From the sequence record NC_047767.1: 64,000 nucleotides of DNA; one strand, written 5' to 3'. This DNA is from Staphylococcus phage vB_SscM-1. How positions within the stretch are numbered: the stretch's first letter is position 1; each line of letters starts with the position of its first letter. Shown piece after piece: positions 32,701 through 40,970 of the stretch. The notes under the pieces were generated by a model that had not been told where the DNA came from, ran no database searches, and saw only the letters and a list, made by a program, of their open reading frames with translations. The position numbers and the translations under genes are program-made.

Positions 32701-32986
32701 TGTAATGGAAAATCTCCCTTATGACTTCTTGAAGATTGATATTAATGGTGAGAGAAGACAGTACCCTATTGATGCTGATATGGAAATTGGATTAAACTAC
32801 AATGACCTTGTAGAATTTAATGAAGAAGAAATGAAAACCTTTAATAGCTTTAAGGGGTATATCCAATATAAGATGGCTCTTCAAACTGTTAAGGACTACT
32901 TTGAGTCAGATAAGTTAACAGAAGAACAAATGAACTATGGTATTAGTAAGATTGAAGAAAAGAAAAATAAATATCAACAAATTTAG
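29774..32986 (+). CDS. Family-A DNA polymerase with a 3'-5' exonuclease domain, intron-less.
   Basis: Exo I WDLETNSL, Exo II YDINFL and Exo III YASGDTD. Pol motif A ADYSALEMRI, motif B RQASKAVAFGLIYG and motif C TVHDSIVVD. AAAGGAGAGAG RBS before the ATG at 29774. Confidence 0.9.
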   Translation: MKVLVLMDFIREEHYSVSKEGKPTFNLFNTTNGKTLKSIMEKTTGLKRTVQQKDYDIAYVYNQIPTPIRNDYGKIIKYQDVKQSEVKPFYPALTKQIVDKGYDIIVPTGKLGVKFLLNVSSIGTVRGVPEKVTLENEGKEHSVWVLPTYSIEYTNVNKNAERQVLADFKTLGKFVQEGEKVFKPSEVSYELVTDIERVREIFNKEIKNDNEDGYDITAWDLETNSLQPDREGSKPLVLSMSWSNGQGVTIPIYKADFQWANGQEDINEILSLLKEWVASNEDIKVLHNATYDINFLMTTLGFKNFENNRDTKVGWYLAVTQEQAESLRLSDLAYEVTDQGGYDKPLEEYKVWFVNKLLRFFSDKIKDIQKENKKVAKKEFDVKAPEYKEWLENKLSTTSVTLDETDKKFGVTEHQKKFQILGLLPEVVNLNMTMDEDFKEVANQSPEYMSLSDNAKRYTLDTAIRLINTHGSNTEVVNEVDGSKFNYDWIPLELMHPYASGDTDVCRRIYCEVVDRLKEQKRDKAFDLLNRDYPRLIRTLARIQSNGLHCDLDYMYSNDTSYEIELENTVNKMREHWSVKEFEEYQYGLYEAGLEEFSKPKSERDPEIESYRTKFKDNKWMFSPASGVHKGKVVYDILGVNVPYGKETVKDKPFNNGTKEQDLTWEDYKTDASTLKQALANVEREEDKEIIELLLYYASLNTKRNSFTKKLPNRVNKNTSKLHGGFNSTGTASGRLSSSNPNLQQLPSHTSDVNKFDYKHPVKRSFTSRFDNGVILQADYSALEMRITALYTDDREMLEMFLTGQDIHKNTASIMYNKKMEDVTAEERQASKAVAFGLIYGESPFSFAGKNGMAVEEAEEIFEKFYSNKPAIKSSIDKTHEFVQKHGYVETMNGHRRNILSATSNDKKIKNEGLRQSFNTIIQGTGGYLTNMAITFIDDFIEKYNMKSKLVATVHDSIVVDTHPDEVYTMGKVVVHVMENLPYDFLKIDINGERRQYPIDADMEIGLNYNDLVEFNEEEMKTFNSFKGYIQYKMALQTVKDYFESDKLTEEQMNYGISKIEEKKNKYQQI

Positions 32987-32995
32987 GTAAAAGTA

Positions 32996-33024
32996 TTGAC
33001 AAGTAGTATTTCTTATGTTATACT
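32996..33024 (+). promoter_or_regulatory. Sigma-A promoter TTGACA, 17 bp, TATACT (TATGTTATACT).
   Basis: -35 at 32996-33001 and -10 at 33019-33024. Confidence 0.55.
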
Positions 33025-33054
33025 ACTTGTATACTAATAAAAGGAGGAATTATT

Positions 33055-33201
33055 ATGGGAAGTTGGTTAGATTTTCTTCTAGACGATGATGGTGACGTTG
33101 CAGAAACTTTACGTGACCTATCGGATGAAGATAGAGAGAATGAGTATAGCAAGTCAGAGGAGTACGGTGACTCGTATATGCCTCCGCAGAGAGGATGGTA
33201 A
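33055..33201 (+). CDS. Small, highly acidic protein of 48 aa (MGSWLDFLLDDDGDVAETLRDLSDEDRENEYSKSEEYGDSYMPPQRGW). The ORF track misses it.
   Basis: AAAGGAGG RBS 7 nt upstream and its own consensus promoter. Only a larger antisense ORF is listed at this position. Confidence 0.45.
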   Translation: MGSWLDFLLDDDGDVAETLRDLSDEDRENEYSKSEEYGDSYMPPQRGW

Positions 33202-33204
33202 TAC

Positions 33205-33687
33205 ATGGATATACAATTAGATAGTTTAGACTTCGATAAATTTACCATCAAAGATAAGAATGGTAATAATATTACAATCAGTATAAGAGATGAGTTAGTT
33301 ATTAATGAAACTAATATTCAACAGGAGTTTTTAAATCAATCAGGTAAGTATGCTTATTGGGCAAACTTATTAGAGATTATTAGGCACCATTCAGAAACAG
33401 AAAACATTAAGTTAGAATCTTTAGGTTCACAGCTTAATTTACAGGTTAGACAGCAGTACAAAGCAAGCGGTGAGAAGCCTACTAAAGATATGGTAGAGTC
33501 AGCAATATACACTGACCCTAGTTATCAGGCACAATTAAAGGAAGTAAAGAAATGGGAATATAGAACTAAGCAATTCCAATATATTGTTAAGGCATTTGAA
33601 CAGCGTAGTTTAATGTTAACACAATATGGAGCAGACTTAAGAAAGACTAATGCTCATGTAGGAAGTTCCAACCCTTATTCTTATTAA
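33205..33687 (+). CDS. Hypothetical protein, 160 aa.
   Basis: Coupled to the upstream small ORF. Confidence 0.45.
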   Translation: MDIQLDSLDFDKFTIKDKNGNNITISIRDELVINETNIQQEFLNQSGKYAYWANLLEIIRHHSETENIKLESLGSQLNLQVRQQYKASGEKPTKDMVESAIYTDPSYQAQLKEVKKWEYRTKQFQYIVKAFEQRSLMLTQYGADLRKTNAHVGSSNPYSY

Positions 33688-33704
33688 ACTTAGGAGGACT
33701 ATTC

Positions 33705-34016
33705 ATGGCTAAAGAAGCAAAACCTAGAATTCTTGCACAAAAACTTAAAGAGGCAAGACTTAAATACATGAAAGAGCACAACATTGATTTTATTAAAATG
33801 CTTGAACTTGAAGAGACTGAAAAGGTTAAACATGAAGCAGTACTAGTATTATATAATAAAACATTTGACACAAGTAAAGAAATGACCCTGGAGGGTGACT
33901 ATCATAGTCTTATGATAGGTTCTGAGCTAATTTTTAAAGGTAGAATGGAAGATAGAATAGAGTCATCTAACTATACTTTAAAAATTAAAGAAGTAAAATT
34001 GATTGATAAGAAATAA
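33705..34016 (+). CDS. Hypothetical protein, 103 aa.
   Basis: TAGGAGG RBS. Confidence 0.45.
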   Translation: MAKEAKPRILAQKLKEARLKYMKEHNIDFIKMLELEETEKVKHEAVLVLYNKTFDTSKEMTLEGDYHSLMIGSELIFKGRMEDRIESSNYTLKIKEVKLIDKK

Positions 34017-34044
34017 AATATACGATAATAATTTCAGAATTAAC

Positions 34045-34073
34045 TTGACAAACACAGATGTGTATGTTATAAT
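34045..34073 (+). promoter_or_regulatory. Sigma-A promoter TTGACA, 17 bp, TATAAT (TATGTTATAAT).
   Basis: -35 at 34045-34050 and -10 at 34068-34073. Confidence 0.6.
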
Positions 34074-34122
34074 ATATAGGTAATAAAAAAATAAAACTAA
34101 TTACAGAGGAGAGAATTATATT

Positions 34123-35316
34123 ATGTCAGCATTCCAAGATTTTTTAAAACAAGAAAAGAAACAATTAGAAAGTGCAGGATTTAACAATAACGATGGAGGA
34201 GAACGTTATACACCTAAGAACCCGGTATTAAGATTAGGTAAAGTTAAAGATGCTAATGGTCAAAAAGTAGATAAGAAAGAGGCTTATGTACGTATCTTAC
34301 CACCTGTAGAGCAAGGTTCTATGGCATTTGCTAAAGGTTTCCGTACAACAGGTATTAACTACAGTAAGAAAGATGGTTCACAAGGTTTCTCAGGTTTAAC
34401 ATTACCTTTAGAGGAAGGTTCATCTGTTATCGACCCATTCATTGCAGGTTGGATTAGAGATGGTGTAGCTTTCAGTTTATACCCTAACAAACCGGCTACA
34501 CGTTACTTTATTCATGTTGTAGAGTATGTACCTACAGCTAATGGTATTCAACCACGACAAGATGCTCAAGGTAACTTACTAATTCAACCTATGGAAATTA
34601 CTAAAACAGCTTATGACTCATTGATTGGTAAGTTAGAAGACCAATTCTTATCACCATCACCTAATGCAGATTTCCGATTCATTTCAGAAAATGAAGCATT
34701 CTTAGTTAAATTCACTAAAGCTGAAAAAGGTCAAACTTCATGGGGATTAGATGTTTACTCTAATCAAAACTTAGGAGCTTTACCAAACAACTGGAGAGAA
34801 TTAACTTCTGACTTAGAAGCATTAGCAAAACCTACAGAAGAACAAAACCCTAACTTTGTTAACTTCTTAATTAACAATGTAAATAACACAGAGTTATCTG
34901 TAGACAACTTTAAGTTTAACCGTGAGTCTAACGTATTAGGTGCAGAGCCAACACAAGAACCAACTCAAGATAGCATTGAAAGCCAGTTACCTGGTAACTT
35001 GGCACCTCAGCAAGGATATAACCAATCACAACAAGGTCAAGTAGGGGAATATGCACAACCAGGTGTAAATCAAACACCACCACAGCAACAATCACAACCT
35101 TTACCAGGAACACAGCAACCTATTGATAATACACAACAAGGGCAAGGTAATCCATTTGAAGGCTTTGACCCTAGTCAAATGAGTGCACCTCAACAACCAG
35201 TACAACAACAGCAACCAGCACAACCTCAACAGCCAGTGCAACCACAATCTAGTACTTCTAACGGTATGGGAGCAATTGATGATGTGTTAGAAGGATTAGA
35301 TTTAGATAACTTATAA
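34123..35316 (+). CDS. Putative single-stranded-DNA-binding protein, 397 aa, with a Q/P/G-rich linker and an acidic C-terminal tip.
   Basis: The C-terminal third is low-complexity Q/P-rich and ends in the acidic DDVLEGLDLDNL, like SSB linker-tip architecture. It sits between the polymerase and the RecA-like gene. Confidence 0.35.
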   Translation: MSAFQDFLKQEKKQLESAGFNNNDGGERYTPKNPVLRLGKVKDANGQKVDKKEAYVRILPPVEQGSMAFAKGFRTTGINYSKKDGSQGFSGLTLPLEEGSSVIDPFIAGWIRDGVAFSLYPNKPATRYFIHVVEYVPTANGIQPRQDAQGNLLIQPMEITKTAYDSLIGKLEDQFLSPSPNADFRFISENEAFLVKFTKAEKGQTSWGLDVYSNQNLGALPNNWRELTSDLEALAKPTEEQNPNFVNFLINNVNNTELSVDNFKFNRESNVLGAEPTQEPTQDSIESQLPGNLAPQQGYNQSQQGQVGEYAQPGVNQTPPQQQSQPLPGTQQPIDNTQQGQGNPFEGFDPSQMSAPQQPVQQQQPAQPQQPVQPQSSTSNGMGAIDDVLEGLDLDNL

Positions 35317-35327
35317 GAACTAACTTA

Positions 35328-35358
35328 ATAGAGTGCTTTAAGCACTCTATTCTTCTAT
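35328..35358 (+). terminator. Intrinsic terminator.
   Basis: ATAGAGTGCT-tta-AGCACTCTAT hairpin followed by TTCTTCTATT. Confidence 0.55.
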
Positions 35359-35390
35359 TGAATATAATACGAAAGGTGTAATGTAATATT

Positions 35391-36623
35391 ATGGCAAGAG
35401 CTAAAAAAGGAAAAGAAATAGATACAACAGATTTAAATGTTATTGACTTAGGTAAAGAATTAGGTTTAGGACTAATGACAGATTCAAATAGAGCAAACAT
35501 TACAAATGTTATTCCTACTATGGTACCTCAATATGATAGTATTATGGGTGGAGGATTACCTTTAGGAAGACTTGTAGAGGTTTATGGAATTCCAGGTTCA
35601 GGTAAATCTACTTTTGCAGTTCACTTATCTAAGTTAACTACTGAAATGGGAGTTATCACAGTATGGATTGATGTTGAAGGTACAGCAGATAACAACCGTA
35701 TGGAACAACTAGGAGTAGACGTAAGTAAGCTATTTACTATTCAAGCAGGAGAAGGTAGACTTAAGAAGACTGTAGAGCTTTCTGTAGAGCAAGTAGGTAA
35801 AGAGTTAGAGTATTGGATAGATACATTCAATGAGAAGATGCCAGGGGTACCTATTGTCTTTATTTGGGATTCTCTAGGAGCTACACGAACAGAGAAAGAG
35901 ATTGAGAATGGTATTGATGAGAAACAGATGGCTCAAAAGGCAGTAGCCACTCAGAAAGTAGTAAATGCTATTACACCTAAGCTTAATGAAACTAACACAG
36001 GGGTTATTATTATTAACCAAGCAAGAGATGATTTAAAAGCAGGTATGTATGGAGACCCTGTTAAATCAGGTGGGGGTAAAGCCTTTGAACATGCCGCCAG
36101 CCTAAGACTTAAGATTGATAGAGGGGCAGAAGCAGATTATAAACAAATAGATGAGCTTACTGGAGAGAAAAGTTATAGAGGGCACTTAATGAAAGTAACA
36201 ACTAAGAAGTCTAAGTTATCTCGACCAGGACAAACAGCTAAAACTTTACTAGCTTCTGATTACCAATTAGAGGGCGGATTAAAAATCAATGGTATTGACC
36301 CTGAGTTCATGATTTATCAAGAAGCAGTTAATCTAGGACTTATTACAAAAGGTACATGGAGAAACTATGTAACACTTAACGGAGAAGAAGTTAAGCTATA
36401 TGATAAAGATTGGGTACCTCGATTAAAGAATGATAGAGAACTATATCTAGAGATATTCAAACGTGTGTATGTAGAATACTTCCCTAATGGATTTGCACCA
36501 TTAGACAATACTAAAGTAGACGTTACGATGTTAGAGGAGTTTAAGGTATTAAAAGATTTCTACGAGGAATTAGAGAAAGAGGAACCTAAAGGAGAATCCA
36601 CTGAAAAGGAATCAGATGAATGA
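35391..36623 (+). CDS. RecA/UvsX-like recombinase.
   Basis: Walker A GIPGSGKSTFA and Walker B IVFIWDSLGA. Confidence 0.8.
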   Translation: MARAKKGKEIDTTDLNVIDLGKELGLGLMTDSNRANITNVIPTMVPQYDSIMGGGLPLGRLVEVYGIPGSGKSTFAVHLSKLTTEMGVITVWIDVEGTADNNRMEQLGVDVSKLFTIQAGEGRLKKTVELSVEQVGKELEYWIDTFNEKMPGVPIVFIWDSLGATRTEKEIENGIDEKQMAQKAVATQKVVNAITPKLNETNTGVIIINQARDDLKAGMYGDPVKSGGGKAFEHAASLRLKIDRGAEADYKQIDELTGEKSYRGHLMKVTTKKSKLSRPGQTAKTLLASDYQLEGGLKINGIDPEFMIYQEAVNLGLITKGTWRNYVTLNGEEVKLYDKDWVPRLKNDRELYLEIFKRVYVEYFPNGFAPLDNTKVDVTMLEEFKVLKDFYEELEKEEPKGESTEKESDE

Positions 36624-36973
36624 TAGAAAACAACTTAATTGATGAAAACATAGCAAGAGTTAAAGGTTCTCTTGAAAATACTCATACCTTAGAAGTAGTA
36701 CCTGAACCCTATAAGAAGATAGCAGAGCGTTTTGAGGAAGTAAAAAGAAAAGGAGAGTCTGTAATACTAGAGGAGGGAAGTTTCCCTCACACAGACTCTA
36801 CAGTTGTTTATATAGAGCATATAGCAGATAGATGGGTAGGAGGTTACTCTATTACTCGACACGAAGGGGAAGAGATAAAACTACCTAAAACTATACATTA
36901 CTCAGATATATACATTCAAGATAAATCACACAAAGTCAAGATTATATTTGAAGGAGCCAACCCATATGAGTAA
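36620..36973 (+). CDS. Hypothetical protein, 117 aa.
   Basis: ATGA coupling to the recA-like gene. Confidence 0.4.
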   Translation: MIENNLIDENIARVKGSLENTHTLEVVPEPYKKIAERFEEVKRKGESVILEEGSFPHTDSTVVYIEHIADRWVGGYSITRHEGEEIKLPKTIHYSDIYIQDKSHKVKIIFEGANPYE

Positions 36974-37625
36974 TACAAACAATGGTAATAGATATGTAGT
37001 AGATATGGATGGTATCCCTTATGAATTTGGAAGAGATATTGATAAACTACTAAATAAATACAAAAATTTACGATGGGCTTTATATCATAAATATGCAGGA
37101 ATATTAGCCCATGACTTTGAAAGAGAAGAGCTTAGAGAGTATATAGATGAGCAATTTATTAAATTAGTAAAAGAATATGATATACACAGTAATGTAGACT
37201 TCCCAGGATATATCAAAGCTAAATTAACACTAAGGGTTCAAAACAGCTATATAAAAAAGAATGAGAAGTACAAAAGAAATGAAATGTTAGGTAAAAAAGA
37301 TTACACTGTAGAATCTTTAACAGAAGCTATTAACTCTGACTTTGAAGATAGTGAAATACTAAATTATGTGTTTGATGGTATTGAGTTTACAACTTTACAA
37401 AGTGAATTACTTAAAGAACTTCTTCTTAATGAAGATAGAGAAGACGATGCACATGTCATTTCTCAAGTAGCCAATAAGCTAGATATTAAGCGTAAAGATG
37501 TAGCAAAAGAGCTTACTGAGTTAAAGGACTATGTTAGGTTTAAATTAAATGCTTACTATGAACATAATAGAAGAGTAGAACTTAATACAGGAAGAGTTTA
37601 CACAGAGAATAATGTATGGGAATAA
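36966..37625 (+). CDS. Putative phage sigma factor, about 219 aa.
   Basis: Region-2-like segment FPGYIKAKLTLRVQNSYIKK and a C-terminal HTH (ISQVANKLDIKRKDVAKEL). GAAGGAG RBS before the ATG at 36966. Position is as in related phages. Confidence 0.45.
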   Translation: MSNTNNGNRYVVDMDGIPYEFGRDIDKLLNKYKNLRWALYHKYAGILAHDFEREELREYIDEQFIKLVKEYDIHSNVDFPGYIKAKLTLRVQNSYIKKNEKYKRNEMLGKKDYTVESLTEAINSDFEDSEILNYVFDGIEFTTLQSELLKELLLNEDREDDAHVISQVANKLDIKRKDVAKELTELKDYVRFKLNAYYEHNRRVELNTGRVYTENNVWE

Positions 37626-37705
37626 ATAACTGAATAAGGAAGACAGAGCCTCTTGTTAGTGTTATATTAATTGTGAAAATATAAATAGCAAGGAGGCTTT
37701 TTCCT

Positions 37706-38050
37706 TTGGAAAAAAAATTTAATCCGGAAGATTTTGAGAAAGCTATTGATACAGTAGAGGTAATGGTTCCTAATGCATCAGATGTAAGAAGAAAATTTAG
37801 TGAATTTGTACCTATGATTGTATCTATATTAGCAATGATAAATATATTGGTAACATCTATGACAGGTAAAGAATTAATTCCTTTTGCAGATGACCAAGTA
37901 TACCTAGTAGTATCCGGTGTAGTATCTGTAGGAGCAATTTTATGGACTGCATGGAAGAATACTAATTTCTCTAAAAAAGCAAAACAGCGTGAAGAGATAG
38001 CAAACCAAGTAATATCAAAACCCAAAGTTAAAGACATTATTAAAAAATAA
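37706..38050 (+). CDS. Small membrane protein, 114 aa.
   Basis: TTG start 8 nt after AAGGAGG. Two hydrophobic helices. Confidence 0.45.
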   Translation: MEKKFNPEDFEKAIDTVEVMVPNASDVRRKFSEFVPMIVSILAMINILVTSMTGKELIPFADDQVYLVVSGVVSVGAILWTAWKNTNFSKKAKQREEIANQVISKPKVKDIIKK

Positions 38051-38067
38051 GATTGGAGTAATCAATT

Positions 38068-38706
38068 ATGGCTAAGAAAGATATCAGAGAAGTATTAAAA
38101 CAAGAAACAGTAACAGTTAAAGACAAGTATTTACAAGTTAAAACATTTAGAGATGGTTACACACGTACTCACGAAGGGCAATACTCATATAAAGTTGTAG
38201 AGCAAGGTACAGACTTATTCTTATTCCCTGTTCAAACAAACGGTAAAGGTGTTCTTAAAGTAATGAAGAACTCACCTATCGCTTACACAGATGGTGACAA
38301 CATTCATTTCGTAGTTAACACATTAACAGACCCTTATACACAAGCTTTTATCCGTACAGAAGATATTAAAGGCTTAGATAAAGGTAAACAATTAATTCAA
38401 GCATTCTTAGCGTTTGTAGAAGACCGTTTCCGTTTTGGTGTATACAACGTATTTGTTGCAGAAACTAAAGAAGACGTTATGGGATTAATTGACCCAGAAG
38501 CTACAGATGCTGACGAAGTTAAAGAAGTTAATGAAACAGCTCATGAAGACTTAGTAGCACAGTTCCCAACAGGTAACGCTCGTGAAGATGTTAAAGCTGT
38601 AGACTCAGGAGAAGGTCAAGGAGACACTTCTGAAAACAAACCAGAAGAACCAAAAGACCCTGAAGTTACACCAGGAGAAGAAGATGCAGAAGTAGGTACA
38701 GAATAA
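38068..38706 (+). CDS. Hypothetical protein with an acidic C-terminal tail, 212 aa.
   Basis: RBS. Precedes the Ig-like proteins. Confidence 0.4.
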   Translation: MAKKDIREVLKQETVTVKDKYLQVKTFRDGYTRTHEGQYSYKVVEQGTDLFLFPVQTNGKGVLKVMKNSPIAYTDGDNIHFVVNTLTDPYTQAFIRTEDIKGLDKGKQLIQAFLAFVEDRFRFGVYNVFVAETKEDVMGLIDPEATDADEVKEVNETAHEDLVAQFPTGNAREDVKAVDSGEGQGDTSENKPEEPKDPEVTPGEEDAEVGTE

Positions 38707-38722
38707 TATAGGAGGTATTTAA

Positions 38723-39244
38723 ATGGCAACTAAGTTAAACCTATATAAAGGTAACACAAAAATTAAAAGTGTTGACAAGGCAATAGAAGGTAGAACAACT
38801 ATACAGATAACAGAACTAATCCCTAACACAGAGTATGCTAAAGGGGATTATGCATTAACATATTCTAATGATAGTGGTGAATCTAACAGAGTAGATGTAC
38901 CTGCATTTAAGACATTACCTATAGGCGTTCAGACAATAACATTAGATGTAGACACTTTAGAATTAACTGAGGGGGATACACACCAACTAGTAGCTACAGT
39001 TAAGCCAGATAATGCTACAGATAAAACGGTTAAGTTTACAACAGATTCAGAAGCTACTGCTACAGTAGATTCTAATGGTATAATTACAGCTATTAAAGAA
39101 GGTACAGCTAATATTAAAGCCACTTCAACTAGCGGTAATAAAACAGATATCGTTATTGTAACTGTAAAAGCTAAAGAGATAGAACCACCTCAAAATATCG
39201 TAGTAGAACCTAGTGATGTTAACACTATGGTTACAGCTGAATAG
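38723..39244 (+). CDS. Bacterial Ig-like (Big_2) domain protein, probably structural/decorative.
   Basis: Classic Big_2 segment TLDVDTLELTEGDTHQLVATVKPDNATDKTVKFTTDSEATATVDSNGIITAIKEGTANIKATSTSGNKTDIVIVTV. Confidence 0.65.
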   Translation: MATKLNLYKGNTKIKSVDKAIEGRTTIQITELIPNTEYAKGDYALTYSNDSGESNRVDVPAFKTLPIGVQTITLDVDTLELTEGDTHQLVATVKPDNATDKTVKFTTDSEATATVDSNGIITAIKEGTANIKATSTSGNKTDIVIVTVKAKEIEPPQNIVVEPSDVNTMVTAE

Positions 39245-39258
39245 ATAGGAGAATAGAG

Positions 39259-39861
39259 ATGAGTAATGTGTATAATAAAGCAGACATGGTATTAATTGTA
39301 GCGGACTCTAAAGGTTTAGACGAGAATGGTGAACTAAAAAGTGATGATTCTATATTAGGTATGTCAGGTTACGTAGATGGTAAGTTTAAGGCTGAGTCTG
39401 TAGTAGAAGCAGACAAGGAATACAAAAAAGGAGACCTTGTTTGTGCTTTTATTACATTTAATGAAGAAACAGAAAGTAATGAAATCATTTCAAAATGGGT
39501 GGATGTTCCTGGTTTTAAAACAAATCCTATCCCTATAACTGATATTACTACTAAAGGTAACTTAGAAGAAACACTTGAAGCTAATAAAGATTCTTATTTA
39601 GACGTTGATTTAATAGGTACCGAAGATTCAAAATATGGTACTGTTCAAAAAGGTATAGACAATACTAAAACAATTAAAATATCAGCAGAAAGTTCTGACC
39701 CTACAATAGTAGAAATAATGGAAACAAGTATACGTAGAGGTAGTACTAACCTAGTTTATAATGTTTCTTATAGAACATTAAAAGCAGGAGAAGCTACTAT
39801 ATCTATAAAACATGAGTACCTTGATAAAACAATAACTAGAGAAATAACAGTTACAGAGTAA
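39259..39861 (+). CDS. Probable Ig-like-fold structural protein, 200 aa.
   Basis: Beta-rich C-terminal half resembles an Ig-like domain. Followed by a terminator. Confidence 0.35.
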   Translation: MSNVYNKADMVLIVADSKGLDENGELKSDDSILGMSGYVDGKFKAESVVEADKEYKKGDLVCAFITFNEETESNEIISKWVDVPGFKTNPIPITDITTKGNLEETLEANKDSYLDVDLIGTEDSKYGTVQKGIDNTKTIKISAESSDPTIVEIMETSIRRGSTNLVYNVSYRTLKAGEATISIKHEYLDKTITREITVTE

Positions 39862-39868
39862 GTATTTA

Positions 39869-39896
39869 AGACTAGATTAATTTCTAGTCTTTTTTT
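39869..39896 (+). terminator. Rho-independent terminator. The hairpin is identical to the one at 12861-12882.
   Basis: AGACTAGA-TTAATT-TCTAGTCT plus TTTTTT. Confidence 0.75.
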
Positions 39897-39898
39897 AT

Positions 39899-39927
39899 TT
39901 GACAAACAACTAATAGTATGTTATACT
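39899..39927 (+). promoter_or_regulatory. Sigma-A promoter TTGACA, 17 bp, TATACT.
   Basis: -35 at 39899-39904 and -10 at 39922-39927. Confidence 0.55.
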
Positions 39928-39961
39928 TACATAGTAATAAAAAACAATAGGAGGAATATGA

Positions 39962-40210
39962 ATGGAAACTATTTTATTTAGAAATAACAATGACCATGTA
40001 AAAGTGAAGAAAGCAATGGAGAACAAGGAGAAGCATATTGTTGTTAAATTTGATGAAGTATCAGTAAACAACCTTAACGTTCAAGGTATGATGAATGCAA
40101 TCCAGGACTATCTAGTTATCTATGACTACAGAGTGAAAGAATATGGTAAAGATAACTCATCAGATAACGAAGATATGTTAGGTTATTTATATGAAAGAGT
40201 AGGTGACTAA
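39962..40210 (+). CDS. Hypothetical protein, 82 aa.
   Basis: TAGGAGG RBS. Confidence 0.45.
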   Translation: METILFRNNNDHVKVKKAMENKEKHIVVKFDEVSVNNLNVQGMMNAIQDYLVIYDYRVKEYGKDNSSDNEDMLGYLYERVGD

Positions 40211-40970
40211 CATGTTAGTAATTATTAATAGCTTGCATACCCAAGTAAAAATTGTTGAAGAAGCTTTAACTAAAATATCAGGTTCTCATATCCATATAGA
40301 TATTGCAGATAACTTAGAGACAGCTATTGATAAGATAGACTACATGGAAGAGTCTACTGATGAGCTTGTAGTATTAGCAGGGTTTATATTTAACCATAGA
40401 GAAGTTAATAAATGGCTAATAGAAAGAGGTAAGGTAATATTTGTATCGGATATAGGAACTTTACCGGTAGACCTTATAACAGTAGAGGAGCATATGAAAC
40501 ATTACTCTCTTATGCACCAGTTACTTATACTATTAGAAGGTAATGAAGAATACAATATACCCCATGAGCTCTATGTAGAAGCTCAAGAGGCAACTAATTG
40601 GTTTAATCTAAAACCATCTAATAAAGAATTTTTAAATAAATGTACAATAAAACTTGACTTACTGAAAGAAAAGTGTTATAATAAAGGTAATATTTACTTG
40701 ATTTATGAAAATGACCCTAGCACTAAGATATTGTTGGCACATCACATACTAGATGATTTAGATAAGGGAATTGTTATAACAGGTTCTCAAACAAGGTCAT
40801 CTAATGATATACTAACATTCTACTGCAAGGGTATTAATATGGAGAACTTAACTCAACTATTTGGGCAACCATATAATCCTGAGTCTAACATCTTCAGTAC
40901 TTTCATACCTAGTCAAGTAGATGTACTTGGAAATAATATACTAAAGTTCATAAAGGAAGGAAGCAATTAA
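40203..40970 (+). CDS. Hypothetical protein, 255 aa.
   Basis: GTG (40203) or ATG (40212) start overlapping the upstream stop. Confidence 0.4.
   Translation: MTNMLVIINSLHTQVKIVEEALTKISGSHIHIDIADNLETAIDKIDYMEESTDELVVLAGFIFNHREVNKWLIERGKVIFVSDIGTLPVDLITVEEHMKHYSLMHQLLILLEGNEEYNIPHELYVEAQEATNWFNLKPSNKEFLNKCTIKLDLLKEKCYNKGNIYLIYENDPSTKILLAHHILDDLDKGIVITGSQTRSSNDILTFYCKGINMENLTQLFGQPYNPESNIFSTFIPSQVDVLGNNILKFIKEGSN

Noticed and set aside
24869-32986. Group I introns or inteins in nrd or DNA polymerase genes, as known from some Twort-like relatives.
   Set aside because: Both the R1 gene and the polymerase gene are continuous open reading frames with all catalytic motifs in order. No internal endonuclease ORFs or frame breaks were seen.
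33018-33251. 77-aa minus-strand ORF.
   Set aside because: It lies antisense across a consensus promoter, a strong RBS and a well-supported small plus-strand ORF (33055..33201). It has no RBS of its own. Every gene I accepted here is on the + strand.
37582-38037. 151-aa minus-strand ORF.
   Set aside because: It is antisense to the plus-strand membrane-protein gene 37706..38050, which has a perfect RBS. No start signals.
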